Below, one piece after another: positions 39,506-48,949 of a stretch of DNA of 64,000 nucleotides. The notes beneath the pieces are model-generated. The model was not told the DNA's origin, made no database searches, and was given only the letters and a program-made list of their open reading frames with translations. The stretch's first letter is position 1; every line of letters starts with the position of its first letter. The DNA is from Syntrophorhabdaceae bacterium. Lineage in GTDB: Bacteria > Desulfobacterota > Syntrophorhabdia > Syntrophorhabdales > Syntrophorhabdaceae. Both the position numbers and the translations under genes were made by a program. The stretch spans positions 1,152,001 through 1,216,000 of the forward strand of contig CAXXUO010000001.1 in NCBI GenBank assembly GCA_963666485.2, given 5' to 3'.

Positions 39506-40051
39506 ATGATCAAGGAATGGGAACTCCTGGAATCCAGGGTGGATAAAGACTACAATGTCTTCCGCATACAATCCGAGATGGCGATGTCGCCGAGGACGAA
39601 CAAGGTCGGCAGATTCTACACGATCGACACACGGGATTGGGTAAATGTCGTACCGGTCACGCCGGAGGGAAAGATCGTCATGATCAGGCAATACCGGCAT
39701 GGTTCCCGCGAAATAACCCTGGAAATACCGGGCGGGCTTGTCGACGAAGACGATGCCGGTGAGGCCGCGACGAGGGAGTTGCTTGAAGAGACGGGATATG
39801 CCGGGGACCCGGCCCGGTCACTCGGTTTCGTCAACCCGAATCCTGCGATATTCAATAACCTCTGCCATACGTACCTTATCGAGAATGCGCGCGAGGTGTC
39901 CGAGAAAACGCTCGATCCTGACGAGGACATAGAGGTGGTGCTCATGTCCCCGGAGGAGATACCGGGATTGATAGCGAACGGCGGCATCAACCATTCTCTC
40001 GTGATCGTGGCGTTTCATTTCTATTTCATGCAAAAGCTTTGTCTCCCCTGA
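39506..40051 (+). CDS. NUDIX hydrolase (ADP-ribose pyrophosphatase-like)
   Basis: QYRHG, EIPGG, ATRELLEETGY Nudix box. Confidence 0.9.
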   Translation: MIKEWELLESRVDKDYNVFRIQSEMAMSPRTNKVGRFYTIDTRDWVNVVPVTPEGKIVMIRQYRHGSREITLEIPGGLVDEDDAGEAATRELLEETGYAGDPARSLGFVNPNPAIFNNLCHTYLIENAREVSEKTLDPDEDIEVVLMSPEEIPGLIANGGINHSLVIVAFHFYFMQKLCLP

Positions 40052-40572
40052 TGCCGGTCGGACATACCATACCCATTATCGGATTTGCAGGGCGCGCGAA
40101 TAGCGGCAAGACCACCCTCATCGAAAAGGTGATCTCTGTTTTTAAGAAACAGGGGCTGCGCGTGGCTGTGATCAAGCATGTCCATCACCCGTTCGACTTC
40201 GATGTGCCCGGAAAAGATACCTACAGGCATAAAAAGGCAGGGGCCGACAGCGTGATAGTTGCGTCGCGCGAGCAGTTCGCAATGGTAAAGGACACGCCGG
40301 AGGAATATTCGCTGGGGGATATCATATCGCGCTATGTGGACGATGGCGCCGACCTTATCATCGTCGAGGGGTTCAAAACCGCGCAGATCCCGAAGATAGA
40401 AGTTTATACGCGCACAAGCGGCGAGCCCCCCCTTTGCGCCTCGGGTGACCGCCTGTATATCGCAGTGGCGACCGATGACGATCTCGATGTGCCCGTCCCG
40501 AAATTCAGACGGGACGAAGCGGACGCGATAGCCGGTTTCATTTCAAGACATATACTGAAGAGGGATGCGTAA
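40051..40572 (+). CDS. mobB: Molybdopterin-guanine dinucleotide biosynthesis protein B
   Basis: GRANSGKTT, IKH.HH.FD.D.PGKDT, VEGFK, PKIEV. Confidence 0.93.
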   Translation: MPVGHTIPIIGFAGRANSGKTTLIEKVISVFKKQGLRVAVIKHVHHPFDFDVPGKDTYRHKKAGADSVIVASREQFAMVKDTPEEYSLGDIISRYVDDGADLIIVEGFKTAQIPKIEVYTRTSGEPPLCASGDRLYIAVATDDDLDVPVPKFRRDEADAIAGFISRHILKRDA

Positions 40573-40575
40573 AGG

Positions 40576-41313
40576 GTGTCTCTGCGAAAAGATGAAGCGA
40601 TAGTCCTGTCGAAGCGTGCGTACGGTGAGTCGGACCGGATCATCCACCTTTTTACGCTGGACGCGGGGAAAGTGTCGGCGATAGCGAAAGGAGCGGGGAA
40701 AAGCCAGAAGCGCTTTGCCAATACCCTGGAACCGTTCAACCGCATCAGGGTCGAATATTTTGACAAGCACGGCCGGGGGATGGTCCGTATAGACAATGCC
40801 GACCTCGTCTCGGGCAATAACGGCATCGAGATGAGCATGAAGCGCATATGCAGCGCCTCGTTCTTCACGGAGTTCGTCGACCGCATGACGCGCGAGAGGG
40901 AGCCGCATACAGGACTCTTTGCAGCGCTTGAAGAGTTCATCGCTTTTGCCCGGTCAAAAGACCCGGAATATTCAGACATCCTTTGCTGCGAATTGAGAAT
41001 GCTCGACGTTCTCGGATATCACCCCAACTTCGATACCTGCGTCTTTTGCGGGACCGGCATGCACGATGATGAAAAGGTCTATTTCTCCCGGGAGCGCGGG
41101 GGGATACTATGCGGGCCGTGCTCGCGGTCTCTACCCCACAGGAGATGGTCCCAAGGATTAATGCGTGGGTTCCTCGCGGTGAAGAACAGTGAAGCGGGTT
41201 TCGCAACGCGCTCGCTCGAGCGCGAGGCGCAGGAACTGATGGAAGGTTTTCTAAACTATCATATCGATATCGATCTCAAGTCGTACAAGCTGCTGAAATC
41301 GATGGTCTTCTGA
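40576..41313 (+). CDS. recO: DNA repair protein RecO
   Basis: YGESDRI, AKGA.KS.KRF, LEPF, CVFC/CGPC zinc motif. Confidence 0.93.
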   Translation: MSLRKDEAIVLSKRAYGESDRIIHLFTLDAGKVSAIAKGAGKSQKRFANTLEPFNRIRVEYFDKHGRGMVRIDNADLVSGNNGIEMSMKRICSASFFTEFVDRMTREREPHTGLFAALEEFIAFARSKDPEYSDILCCELRMLDVLGYHPNFDTCVFCGTGMHDDEKVYFSRERGGILCGPCSRSLPHRRWSQGLMRGFLAVKNSEAGFATRSLEREAQELMEGFLNYHIDIDLKSYKLLKSMVF

Positions 41314-41436
41314 AACGTAAGGCGTAAGCCCTCTCCCCTGTTGTCATTCCCACTTTCGAGACTGTGTCCCAATTCCTCCAACCCCGTCATCCCGGCTCTT
41401 ACGGCCGGGATGACGGGGTGAGGGACGCCTTACGCT
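41314..41436. repeat. GGCGTAA heptamers flanking a REP-like palindrome (41381-41419)
   Basis: ACCCCGTCATCCCGGC-tcttacg-GCCGGGATGACGGGGT; partial GTCATTCCC at 41343. Confidence 0.8.
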
Positions 41437-43319
41437 CTTTTCGAGAGCAATATGAGATTCTGGTCCGCCAATGTTTCGTATTTCTTTGAACGGGACAATT
41501 CTGCTATAAGGACGGGATCGGGGCGGTCGAGAACGAACACCATTGTGCCGCTGGGCTTCAGGTACGTCATCCCCCGTTTTATATACGCCTTTGTTGCATC
41601 GGCGACAGGGACCGTCTCTTCCCACGTGAGGCCCTGTGAGGGCTGGACAAATATGTAATCGAACGCTCCGTCGATAAGGAACGGGAATTCTATCTCGAGA
41701 TGAAAGAAACCGTTCTGCCTTGCGAGGGCCTTTGCCTGCACGAACCAGTCGCGCGCCGTCATCGCGTCCCATGGCCCACTGTCGGCGTCAAGCAGGGAAA
41801 GGCATTCCTGGATCTTCCGCTGATCGATCGTCTTAACAAAATATGTGGCTGTTATAAGGTCCATGATGTCCCTCAAACGGCCCAAGTGTTCGTCCAGTTT
41901 TTGCGACAACTCCCCCTTTATGACAACGTCTTCCTTGATCCTGTCGGAAAGCGAGGCGAACTGCCGGTACATGTTTCTTACATCTGCCACGATGTCAAGG
42001 GGGTTTTTGGCGAAGAGGCCCGCCTGGTCCTGCTTCGCCGCATGCGGGGTGATGTCGGACAGTGACATCCCGATAAGAGGGTTGCCTAACTTATAATTCA
42101 TGCTGTCGCACCCGTGGCGGTTCTTTAAAGCATGATGAAGAATATCGAACGAGATATGAGAACGCTCGATACCGTAGAGAACATTTTCGAGTATGGAGCA
42201 CTTCAGGCTCTTCTCATCCTCCCATTGGGCGATGAAGCCATTCCTTTCCCGGTAGGGAAGGACAAACGAGAGATATGCCAGGCATTCGACGATCTCGAGG
42301 GAAAGGTTGCCGAAGCCGGGCGTCATGTCGAGGACCTTGAGCGACAGGAGCGCGTCCTTTGTCCGGTCCTCGGGCGGGCGCATCGCAAATACCCTTTCGA
42401 GGTCGACACGGGGAATGCCGCCTTTTTTGCTGAGGAGAAAAGAAGATATGTCGGCGATATTGAAATCGTCGACCGTGTCGGGCGGGCTCTTCCGTTCCTG
42501 TACCCATACATCTTTTTCGGCAAGGTAATCCCGCGTTGAAACGAAAACATCATTCCCGAAGATATCCGAAAGCCCCCCGATTATGCGGGGGAAGATGTCC
42601 GTCTTTTTTCGAAAGCCTGCCGTGGATGTGCGAAGGGCTGCCTGTTTCTCCTTGAGACGCGTTATTATGGACTGCCTTTCGTTTTCATAGATTTTTTCGA
42701 GGGTCTGCGACAGGCCGTTGAGTGAAAAGACATTGCAGAAAAGACGCAGCGCGTCCCTGTCGTTCACCTCGACGGCCTCCTCGAGGTCTATCGAAAAAAC
42801 ACGCGTTTCATAGGACAGCGGCTTTTTCATCAGCATCCAGTGCTTCCCGTTGGTGAGGATGCCCCAGGGCGTTTTCGTGTTCTTGAGGTAATAGAACAGC
42901 TGGTATAAGGGGATGCCATTCTCGAAAGCGAGAAAAAAGCCGCTCACCCCTTCCTCGAGTTTGCGGCCGAACCGCTTGAGAAGAAGCACCCCGAGCGTGT
43001 TGGCGTAATATTCCGGGGTCCCCCACAGGGGCGATGTGCGGTCGCGTTCGGCATCGGTCGTGAAAAGGGCCGCATCCGGTCCCTTGATATGGTCGTCGAA
43101 ATACTTCGGTTTCGATTCATAGGAGAACCCGAGTATCTTCAGTATGGGTTTGATGAGGTGGATCTCGGTGTGTATCTCGCTCGCGAACTGCTTTATATCC
43201 TGGAACCGGGTCAGTATCTCGAGGAGCGAAACGTATACGAGGTCATCCTGGGGAAGGCCGAGGAGCTCTTCTATCCCGTGGCGGGAAATGAGCGAATTGC
43301 GCACGATGGTCGATTGCAT
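41430..43319 (-). CDS. Type IIG (Eco57I-like) restriction-modification homologue with degenerate catalytic motifs
   Basis: IKPILKILG, PDAALF, WGILTNG, LKVLDMTPGFGNL, LYGIE, GNPL, FFHLEIEFP, FDYIFVQP. Confidence 0.7.
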   Translation of the reverse strand: MQSTIVRNSLISRHGIEELLGLPQDDLVYVSLLEILTRFQDIKQFASEIHTEIHLIKPILKILGFSYESKPKYFDDHIKGPDAALFTTDAERDRTSPLWGTPEYYANTLGVLLLKRFGRKLEEGVSGFFLAFENGIPLYQLFYYLKNTKTPWGILTNGKHWMLMKKPLSYETRVFSIDLEEAVEVNDRDALRLFCNVFSLNGLSQTLEKIYENERQSIITRLKEKQAALRTSTAGFRKKTDIFPRIIGGLSDIFGNDVFVSTRDYLAEKDVWVQERKSPPDTVDDFNIADISSFLLSKKGGIPRVDLERVFAMRPPEDRTKDALLSLKVLDMTPGFGNLSLEIVECLAYLSFVLPYRERNGFIAQWEDEKSLKCSILENVLYGIERSHISFDILHHALKNRHGCDSMNYKLGNPLIGMSLSDITPHAAKQDQAGLFAKNPLDIVADVRNMYRQFASLSDRIKEDVVIKGELSQKLDEHLGRLRDIMDLITATYFVKTIDQRKIQECLSLLDADSGPWDAMTARDWFVQAKALARQNGFFHLEIEFPFLIDGAFDYIFVQPSQGLTWEETVPVADATKAYIKRGMTYLKPSGTMVFVLDRPDPVLIAELSRSKKYETLADQNLILLSKRA

Positions 43320-43351
43320 ACGGTTGAAACATAATATAGGTTTGACAGTTC

Positions 43352-43609
43352 TTAGTCAAGGAAAGGCGCATCATCATTGTCTTTGTGAAAGTCCATGTCC
43401 TGTATGCGCTTTGCCTCCTTGAGCTTCATGAGAATAATGACGATGAGACCGGCGATGCCAATCCAGAAAAGCACGAGGGCCTGGTACAGGATATGCCGGT
43501 CGTACGGGGAGGCTGCCGGTTCAACAACGGTCGGCCCGGCGAAACAGACAACGGGTATCACAATAAGCATGATGAAAACGGTAAATGATCTGCACATCGT
43601 CCTGTCCAC
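43352..43609 (-). CDS. Small membrane protein (signal-like helix plus C-terminal TM), last gene of the sdh-Rieske-cytb operon
   Basis: Start abuts the cytochrome b stop; two hydrophobic segments. Confidence 0.7.
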   Translation of the reverse strand: MDRTMCRSFTVFIMLIVIPVVCFAGPTVVEPAASPYDRHILYQALVLFWIGIAGLIVIILMKLKEAKRIQDMDFHKDNDDAPFLD

Positions 43610-44674
43610 CTATTTTAAGAAAGCGATGATCGTCATTGCCACGAAATAGACGAGGTAAAAAACCGTAATATATGTAAAGACCGGGCTCGGTTTGCCGGCT
43701 GACGACCTCTTGTCCAGGAACGGCACCAGGAAGACGAACAGGACGCCAAGGGAGATCGCGGATATAGCGATCGTTTCACCGTTCATGCCCGCTATCTCGC
43801 CGGGGAAAAGCTTCAAGGTCTGGAAGACGAAGAGGAAGTACCATTCCGGTTTTATGTTTTCCGGCGCAGGCGCCATCGGGTCTGCCTTCGTCCCTATCGA
43901 TGCAGGAAAGACGACTGCAAGGGTGACGACGACGCCCGTGCACAGGAGCCAGACGATAAGGTCCTTGTAAAAAACATTCGGGAAAAATGGCTGCGGTCTT
44001 CCCTGCCGGTCTTTCTGGGACAGGGGGACGCTCATGCCGTGGACCTGGACGAGCAGCACGTGGACCCCGATGATGACAAGGCTTATCATGGGCAGGACGC
44101 TGACATGAAAGGCATAGAACCGCGTCAGGGTCTCCTGCGTGACGTCAAAGCCGCCGCGCAGGAATATCTTGATGGCCGGGCCGATGAGCGGAAGGTTCCC
44201 TGCGCCTCCCGTCGCAACGCGGATCGCCGTGAAGGCCCTTTCGTCCCAGACAAGAAAATATCCGCTCAGCCCGAAAAAAACGAGAAGGGTGATCAGGATG
44301 AAGCCGGTTATCCATAACAGTTCGCGCGGCTTCCGGTATGCCTTCAGCAGGAAGTTGGCGAAAAAGTGAACGAACAGCGAGGCTATCGCAAGTTGCGCAC
44401 CCCAGTGGTGCAGCGACCGGAAGAACCAGCCCAGGGGGAGCTTCGTCATAATGTCGACAATGCTCTTGTGGGCGTATTCGGAATGGGGGATGTAGTACAG
44501 GGCAAGGCCCATGCCTGTCATGAATTGCATGACAAAAAGGAAGAGGGTCATCCCTCCCGTAAAATACGAGATGTCCCAGCGGTGCGACGGGACGTACTTT
44601 GCCCGGATGACCCGGCGCAGGCCATCCACGTCGTAGCGCTCGGTGATCCAGTCACTAAGCTTTCGGGAGTTCAA
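43610..44674 (-). CDS. Cytochrome b of a Rieske/cytochrome b complex
   Basis: LHHWGA..VH and FH-x14-H heme ligands, TLTRFY, IKPEWYFL. Confidence 0.93.
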   Translation of the reverse strand: MNSRKLSDWITERYDVDGLRRVIRAKYVPSHRWDISYFTGGMTLFLFVMQFMTGMGLALYYIPHSEYAHKSIVDIMTKLPLGWFFRSLHHWGAQLAIASLFVHFFANFLLKAYRKPRELLWITGFILITLLVFFGLSGYFLVWDERAFTAIRVATGGAGNLPLIGPAIKIFLRGGFDVTQETLTRFYAFHVSVLPMISLVIIGVHVLLVQVHGMSVPLSQKDRQGRPQPFFPNVFYKDLIVWLLCTGVVVTLAVVFPASIGTKADPMAPAPENIKPEWYFLFVFQTLKLFPGEIAGMNGETIAISAISLGVLFVFLVPFLDKRSSAGKPSPVFTYITVFYLVYFVAMTIIAFLK

Positions 44675-45125
44675 CCTTCACCCCTTTTTTCGCTATGACC
44701 AGTTTCGGCCCGTTCATGACGATCTCGAAGCATTCGAGAGGCCGCGGAGGGGGGCCCTCGATGTTCCTGCCGTTGTCATCGAACCACCCCTTGTGGCACG
44801 CGCAATAGAATTTTCGCACATCCGCCACGTAGGATATGTTGCACTCCATGTGCGTGCAGACCCCTTTCAGTGCGAGCATCGTACCGTCGGCTTTTTTCAG
44901 GAAAAAACCGGGTTTGCCGCCCCATGCGAACGTCTTTACGGTGTTTCCGGGTATGTCGACAAAATCGGCCGTGTTGAGAACGACAAAATCCGGCTCTTTC
45001 CCGACAGCGGGAAAGATGAACTTGAGGAAGGCGTAGATGCCCCCGGAGAGGACAGCGATAAGCCACCCGCCGAAGAGCGTGTTGAGAAATGTCCGCCGGC
45101 TGATGAGTGAATAGTTGAGTTTCAT
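44655..45125 (-). CDS. Rieske [2Fe-2S] protein, Tat-exported
   Basis: SRRTFL, CTHMEC, CACHKGWF, GPPPRPL; ATG overlaps the sdhB TGA. Confidence 0.93.
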   Translation of the reverse strand: MKLNYSLISRRTFLNTLFGGWLIAVLSGGIYAFLKFIFPAVGKEPDFVVLNTADFVDIPGNTVKTFAWGGKPGFFLKKADGTMLALKGVCTHMECNISYVADVRKFYCACHKGWFDDNGRNIEGPPPRPLECFEIVMNGPKLVIAKKGVKVELPKA

Positions 45126-45862
45126 CCGCGCATACCCAGCAATTTCTTTGCCCTCTTTACGAAAAGCTTCTTCCTCAGGTCGATTATCGCATCGGTCGGC
45201 CGCACATCTTTCGGGCATGCCTCGATGCACTTAAGGACTGTATCACAGCCCCAGACCCCGTGCTCGCTGTCTATCTCGTCGAGTGCTGAGTCAGGGCGTT
45301 CATCGCGGGAATCGAGGACAAACCTCTCGAGCTTGGCGAGCGCCGCCGGCCCTAAGTATTCGGGGTCACGGGATATGACCGGGCACGCCCCGTAACAGCA
45401 TGCGCACAGGATGCAATTCACGAACTGGTCGATCTTTGCCCTGTCCTCCTCGCTTTGTTTCAATTCCTTTTCGGGGTCCTGACCTGACCGGTCAAGCCAT
45501 GGCCTTATCTTCTCGTACATCGTCCAGAACGGGGTCATGTCTACGACGAGGTCCTTTATGATCTCCATGTTCGGAAGGGGCTCGAGGATTATCGTGTCCG
45601 TCCCGAACGATGCCGCCTGCGTCCTGCAGGCAAGGTCTATCCTGCCGTTCATGACCATGGCGCAGGACCCGCAGACCGCAGACCTGCATGACGAACGGAA
45701 TGAAAGCGTCCCGTCTATCTCGTCGCGTATCCTGTTAAGAACGGCGAGGATGGTCAGCCCGGGCAGTACCCTGACCCGGTAGGTCTGGAACCTCGCTCCG
45801 TCCCCCGGTTTTTTCCTGTCGTAGCGCAGGATCTTGAAAGTGTATGCCGTGGCCCGTATCAA
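45122..45862 (-). CDS. sdhB: Succinate dehydrogenase/fumarate reductase Fe-S subunit
   Basis: SCRSAVCGSC, DLVVD, CILCACC...CP, GPAAL, CDTVLKCIEACP; TTG start overlaps the sdhA stop. Confidence 0.93.
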   Translation of the reverse strand: MIRATAYTFKILRYDRKKPGDGARFQTYRVRVLPGLTILAVLNRIRDEIDGTLSFRSSCRSAVCGSCAMVMNGRIDLACRTQAASFGTDTIILEPLPNMEIIKDLVVDMTPFWTMYEKIRPWLDRSGQDPEKELKQSEEDRAKIDQFVNCILCACCYGACPVISRDPEYLGPAALAKLERFVLDSRDERPDSALDEIDSEHGVWGCDTVLKCIEACPKDVRPTDAIIDLRKKLFVKRAKKLLGMRG

Positions 45863-47568
45863 TACGTCCTCTCCATTGGCTTGAAACGGGTGATCGCAAC
45901 GTCCCTGTATGATATGTCCGGCATCCCGCTGCCATTCAGGCGGGCGATCGAATGCCTGAGCCATTTCTCGTCATCCCTTTTTGGAAAATCGGTCCGTGAA
46001 TGCGCCCCCCTGCTTTCTTCACGCAGGAAGGCCCCGCGGGCGATCGTCGAGGCCACGTCGAACATGTAATCGAGTTCGATGGCGTTCATGAGTTCATAGT
46101 TCATTGAAAGTGAGGACGAGGAGGTCCCGACATCCCGGTACCGCACCTTCAACGCCGCTATTTCTTCAAGGGCCTTCTGCGCGTCTGCCGCTGTCCGGAA
46201 GATGCCGGCGTACGTGCTCATCACCTTTGCGAGCTCCCCGTGGAGCTGAAATGTCTTTTCTTTCCCTCCGGCAACGAGGCCCCGGACCTTGTCCTCCAAG
46301 GCCGCCGCGGCACGCGCACAGGCCTTGTCATCCGGTGCTCTGCCGGAAGACGACAGGTACCGGTCGATGGCCGCCGCGGCTATCTTTCCGAACACGATCG
46401 TCTCGAGAAGCGAATTGCCGCCGAGCCTGTTGGCGCCGTGGACGCTGACGCAGGCACATTCGCCTGCCGCGAAGAAACCCCCTACCTCTGTCGCACACGT
46501 GGCGTCGGTATCGATCCCTCCCATGGAGTAATGCTGGCACGGCATAATGGGGATGGGTTCCCTGATGGGGTCAATACCTATAAAATCTATGCATATCTTC
46601 CGGATGCCCGGCAATTTTTCGGTGATCTTCTTCTCGCCGAGGTGCATGAGGTCGAGACGGATGTAGTTCCCGAGAGGATGCTCGAAGCAACGGCCTTCGT
46701 TGATCTCTGTCTGTATGCTCCGGGAGACTATGTCGCGGGGGGCAAGCTCCATGGCCTTCGGCGCATATTTCTCCATAAAGCGTTCACCCCGCGCATTGAC
46801 CAGGTAGCCGCCTTCGCCCCGGCAGGCCTCGGTCATCAATATGTTGGTCCCGATAAGCCCGGTCGGGTGGAACTGGACGAATTCCATGTCCTTGAGCGGC
46901 ACCCCGGCCCGAAATGCCATCCCGATCCCGCTCCCCGTATTGATAAGTGCGTTCGTCGAGTAGAAATAGACCCGTCCGTAACCCCCGGTCGCAAAAAGGG
47001 TCGCCTTAGCGGCGAGCGAGACGATCTCCCCGTTCATGAGGTCGAAGGCGACGACGCCATGGCAGGTTTTCCCGTCAACCACAAGGGATGTTACGTGCCA
47101 TTCCGGGTATATCGTGACGCCGAGGCTCACCGCCTTTTCGAACAGCGTGTTCAAAAGAACATGCCCGGTCAGGTCCGCGGAGTAGCAGGTTCTCGGGTAC
47201 CCTGCCCCGCCGAAAGGCCGCTGGGCGATGGTGCCGTCCGGGAGGCGGCTGAACGGGCACCCCCAGTGCTCCATCTCGTAGACGATCCCGGGGGCTTCCC
47301 TGCACATGATCTCCACCGCATCCTGATCTGCGAGGTAGTCGCTCCCTTTTACCGTGTCGAAGGCATGCTTTTCCCAGGAGTCGTCGGCTGCGTCCGGGTT
47401 GTTCCCGAGGGCAGCGTTTATGCCGCCCTGGGCGGCGATGGAATGGGACCTCAAGGGGTGGACCTTGGACAGGAGCACGACATCGTACTTCCCGCAAAGT
47501 CCCACGGCGGCGCGAAGCCCTGCAAGGCCGCCCCCGACTATGATGACATCATGGGTACGCGTTATCAT
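45859..47568 (-). CDS. sdhA: Succinate dehydrogenase/fumarate reductase flavoprotein
   Basis: GGGLAG, RSHSIAAQGG, QFHPTG, TEACRGEG, HYSMGG, HGANRLGGNSL, ESRGAH. Confidence 0.95.
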   Translation of the reverse strand: MITRTHDVIIVGGGLAGLRAAVGLCGKYDVVLLSKVHPLRSHSIAAQGGINAALGNNPDAADDSWEKHAFDTVKGSDYLADQDAVEIMCREAPGIVYEMEHWGCPFSRLPDGTIAQRPFGGAGYPRTCYSADLTGHVLLNTLFEKAVSLGVTIYPEWHVTSLVVDGKTCHGVVAFDLMNGEIVSLAAKATLFATGGYGRVYFYSTNALINTGSGIGMAFRAGVPLKDMEFVQFHPTGLIGTNILMTEACRGEGGYLVNARGERFMEKYAPKAMELAPRDIVSRSIQTEINEGRCFEHPLGNYIRLDLMHLGEKKITEKLPGIRKICIDFIGIDPIREPIPIMPCQHYSMGGIDTDATCATEVGGFFAAGECACVSVHGANRLGGNSLLETIVFGKIAAAAIDRYLSSSGRAPDDKACARAAAALEDKVRGLVAGGKEKTFQLHGELAKVMSTYAGIFRTAADAQKALEEIAALKVRYRDVGTSSSSLSMNYELMNAIELDYMFDVASTIARGAFLREESRGAHSRTDFPKRDDEKWLRHSIARLNGSGMPDISYRDVAITRFKPMERTY

Positions 47569-47870
47569 ACTGTGACGAAATACATGTAGAGTAAAAAAGC
47601 CGATATGGCCGACGCGGCGATATTGGCGGCGAGGAACAGCCGTTTTTCATTCCTGTACCCGAAGTCCATGACAATGGTCCTGATCCCGTACATGCTGTGG
47701 AACGTGAACAGTACGAGAACGAGGACATCGACGATAGGCTGGCGGTGGAGGCTGAGCGCCCAATCGGGCTTCTTGTCCTGCCCCATGAGGAAATAGCCGG
47801 TGAGCACCTTGATGCCGATAAGAACGATAAGCGCCGCTCCGCTTATCCTGTGAAAGAACCATATGAACAT
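47565..47870 (-). CDS. Succinate dehydrogenase membrane anchor (SdhC/D-like, 3 TM)
   Basis: FHRISG and FHSMYGIR His motifs; RBS GAGGAG. Confidence 0.8.
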   Translation of the reverse strand: MFIWFFHRISGAALIVLIGIKVLTGYFLMGQDKKPDWALSLHRQPIVDVLVLVLFTFHSMYGIRTIVMDFGYRNEKRLFLAANIAASAISAFLLYMYFVTV

Positions 47871-47996
47871 TCATGCTCCTCGATCTGATGTGAGAACAAT
47901 ACCATAAAAGGGGCATTGAGTTCCATGCCGCATCGGGATGAAATTTGCTTTTTCCTATTTTGTTATTATAATGAAAAGAAAAAAACCGAGGCTCGC

Positions 47997-48491
47997 ATGG
48001 GTGATTACGACGACGATGAAAGGCCCGACTGGCGCGAACTTGACCGTCGCAGGGACAGGAGCACGTTTTACGGAAGGCAGGAAAAAGGCGCGGGGAAAAA
48101 GAAAGAGGCGCCGAAGGACCGCTGGCAGCAGGGCAGGGTGAAGGACGCCCTCGACCGGCTGTTCAAAGGGGAAAAAGGCACGCCGGAGCATGACAAATTG
48201 TACGCCCGGCTCCACAATGCCTACGGCTCCGACGCGTTTCCGAAGCAGGCCGAGAAATACGTCGCCAAGTACGGCCTCCCCGACGACGCGGCGACCCTCA
48301 TCCTTTTCCTCGACCTGAAAGACATCGATATATGCAACGGCACACTCGACAAACTTCTGACCATTTATAATGATCTGCAGCCCCGCCAGAAGGAAGATGC
48401 AAAACGCAAGATATCGATAGCTGCAATGGGGCACCGCATCAAAGAAGTACGTGTGAAAGCGGGAGAGGTGCTCGAACAGCTGGAAGAATAA
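47997..48491 (+). CDS. Hypothetical protein
   Basis: Charged ORF (PDWRELDRRRD) with typical codon usage. Confidence 0.7.
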   Translation: MGDYDDDERPDWRELDRRRDRSTFYGRQEKGAGKKKEAPKDRWQQGRVKDALDRLFKGEKGTPEHDKLYARLHNAYGSDAFPKQAEKYVAKYGLPDDAATLILFLDLKDIDICNGTLDKLLTIYNDLQPRQKEDAKRKISIAAMGHRIKEVRVKAGEVLEQLEE

Positions 48492-48494
48492 AAC

Positions 48495-48601
48495 GGTTCA
48501 AGGTTCAAGGTTCAAAGTTCAAGGATTAAAAACTCAGCTAAAAACTAAATCCTGTAAGAGCGGAACCTTTACGGGATTGCCTTTTCATTGAACCTTGAAC
48601 C
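48495..48601. repeat. Inverted heptamer arrays (RGTTCAA)4 ... (TTGAACC)2
   Basis: Arrays at 48495-48522 and 48588-48601 between convergent genes. Confidence 0.9.
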
Positions 48602-48605
48602 AGTT

Positions 48606-48797
48606 TTACCGGTTTTCACTAACGAATTTCTTAAACGACCGATCGTACGACGCTTCACCTTCCCTTGAAAAGAAGCAGCCGGGGAGCTGCTTCTTGCTTC
48701 TATGATACTCGACGCATTCGCAGCATTTGCCTCTCCGGAGACACCCTTCGTACGTACAGGTGCATGCCGCCATATTTTTCTCGAACGTGCATTCCAT
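48606..48797 (-). CDS. Small Cys-rich protein (DUF6485-like)
   Basis: CTCTY..C.RRGKCCECVEYH...QLPGCFF; RBS GGAGG. Confidence 0.8.
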   Translation of the reverse strand: MECTFEKNMAACTCTYEGCLRRGKCCECVEYHRSKKQLPGCFFSREGEASYDRSFKKFVSENR

Positions 48798-48949
48798 CTT
48801 TCACCTCCATGATTTTCCCTGCAACCCGAGGCTCTCAGGAAAAGTTTCGCAGATATCATACCTGCCCGGGATGAAAAAATAAAATCTTTTGGGACTTTTT
48901 TGCATCTTTGAAAGTAATACCCCTTTATAAATCAGAACAGGGGGGCACA

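Noticed and set aside
46240..47589. Long antisense ORFs (also 28129-29301, 59757-60986, 62756-63955, 17811-19055)
   Set aside because: Shadow frames of well-supported genes in GC-rich DNA, with no motifs
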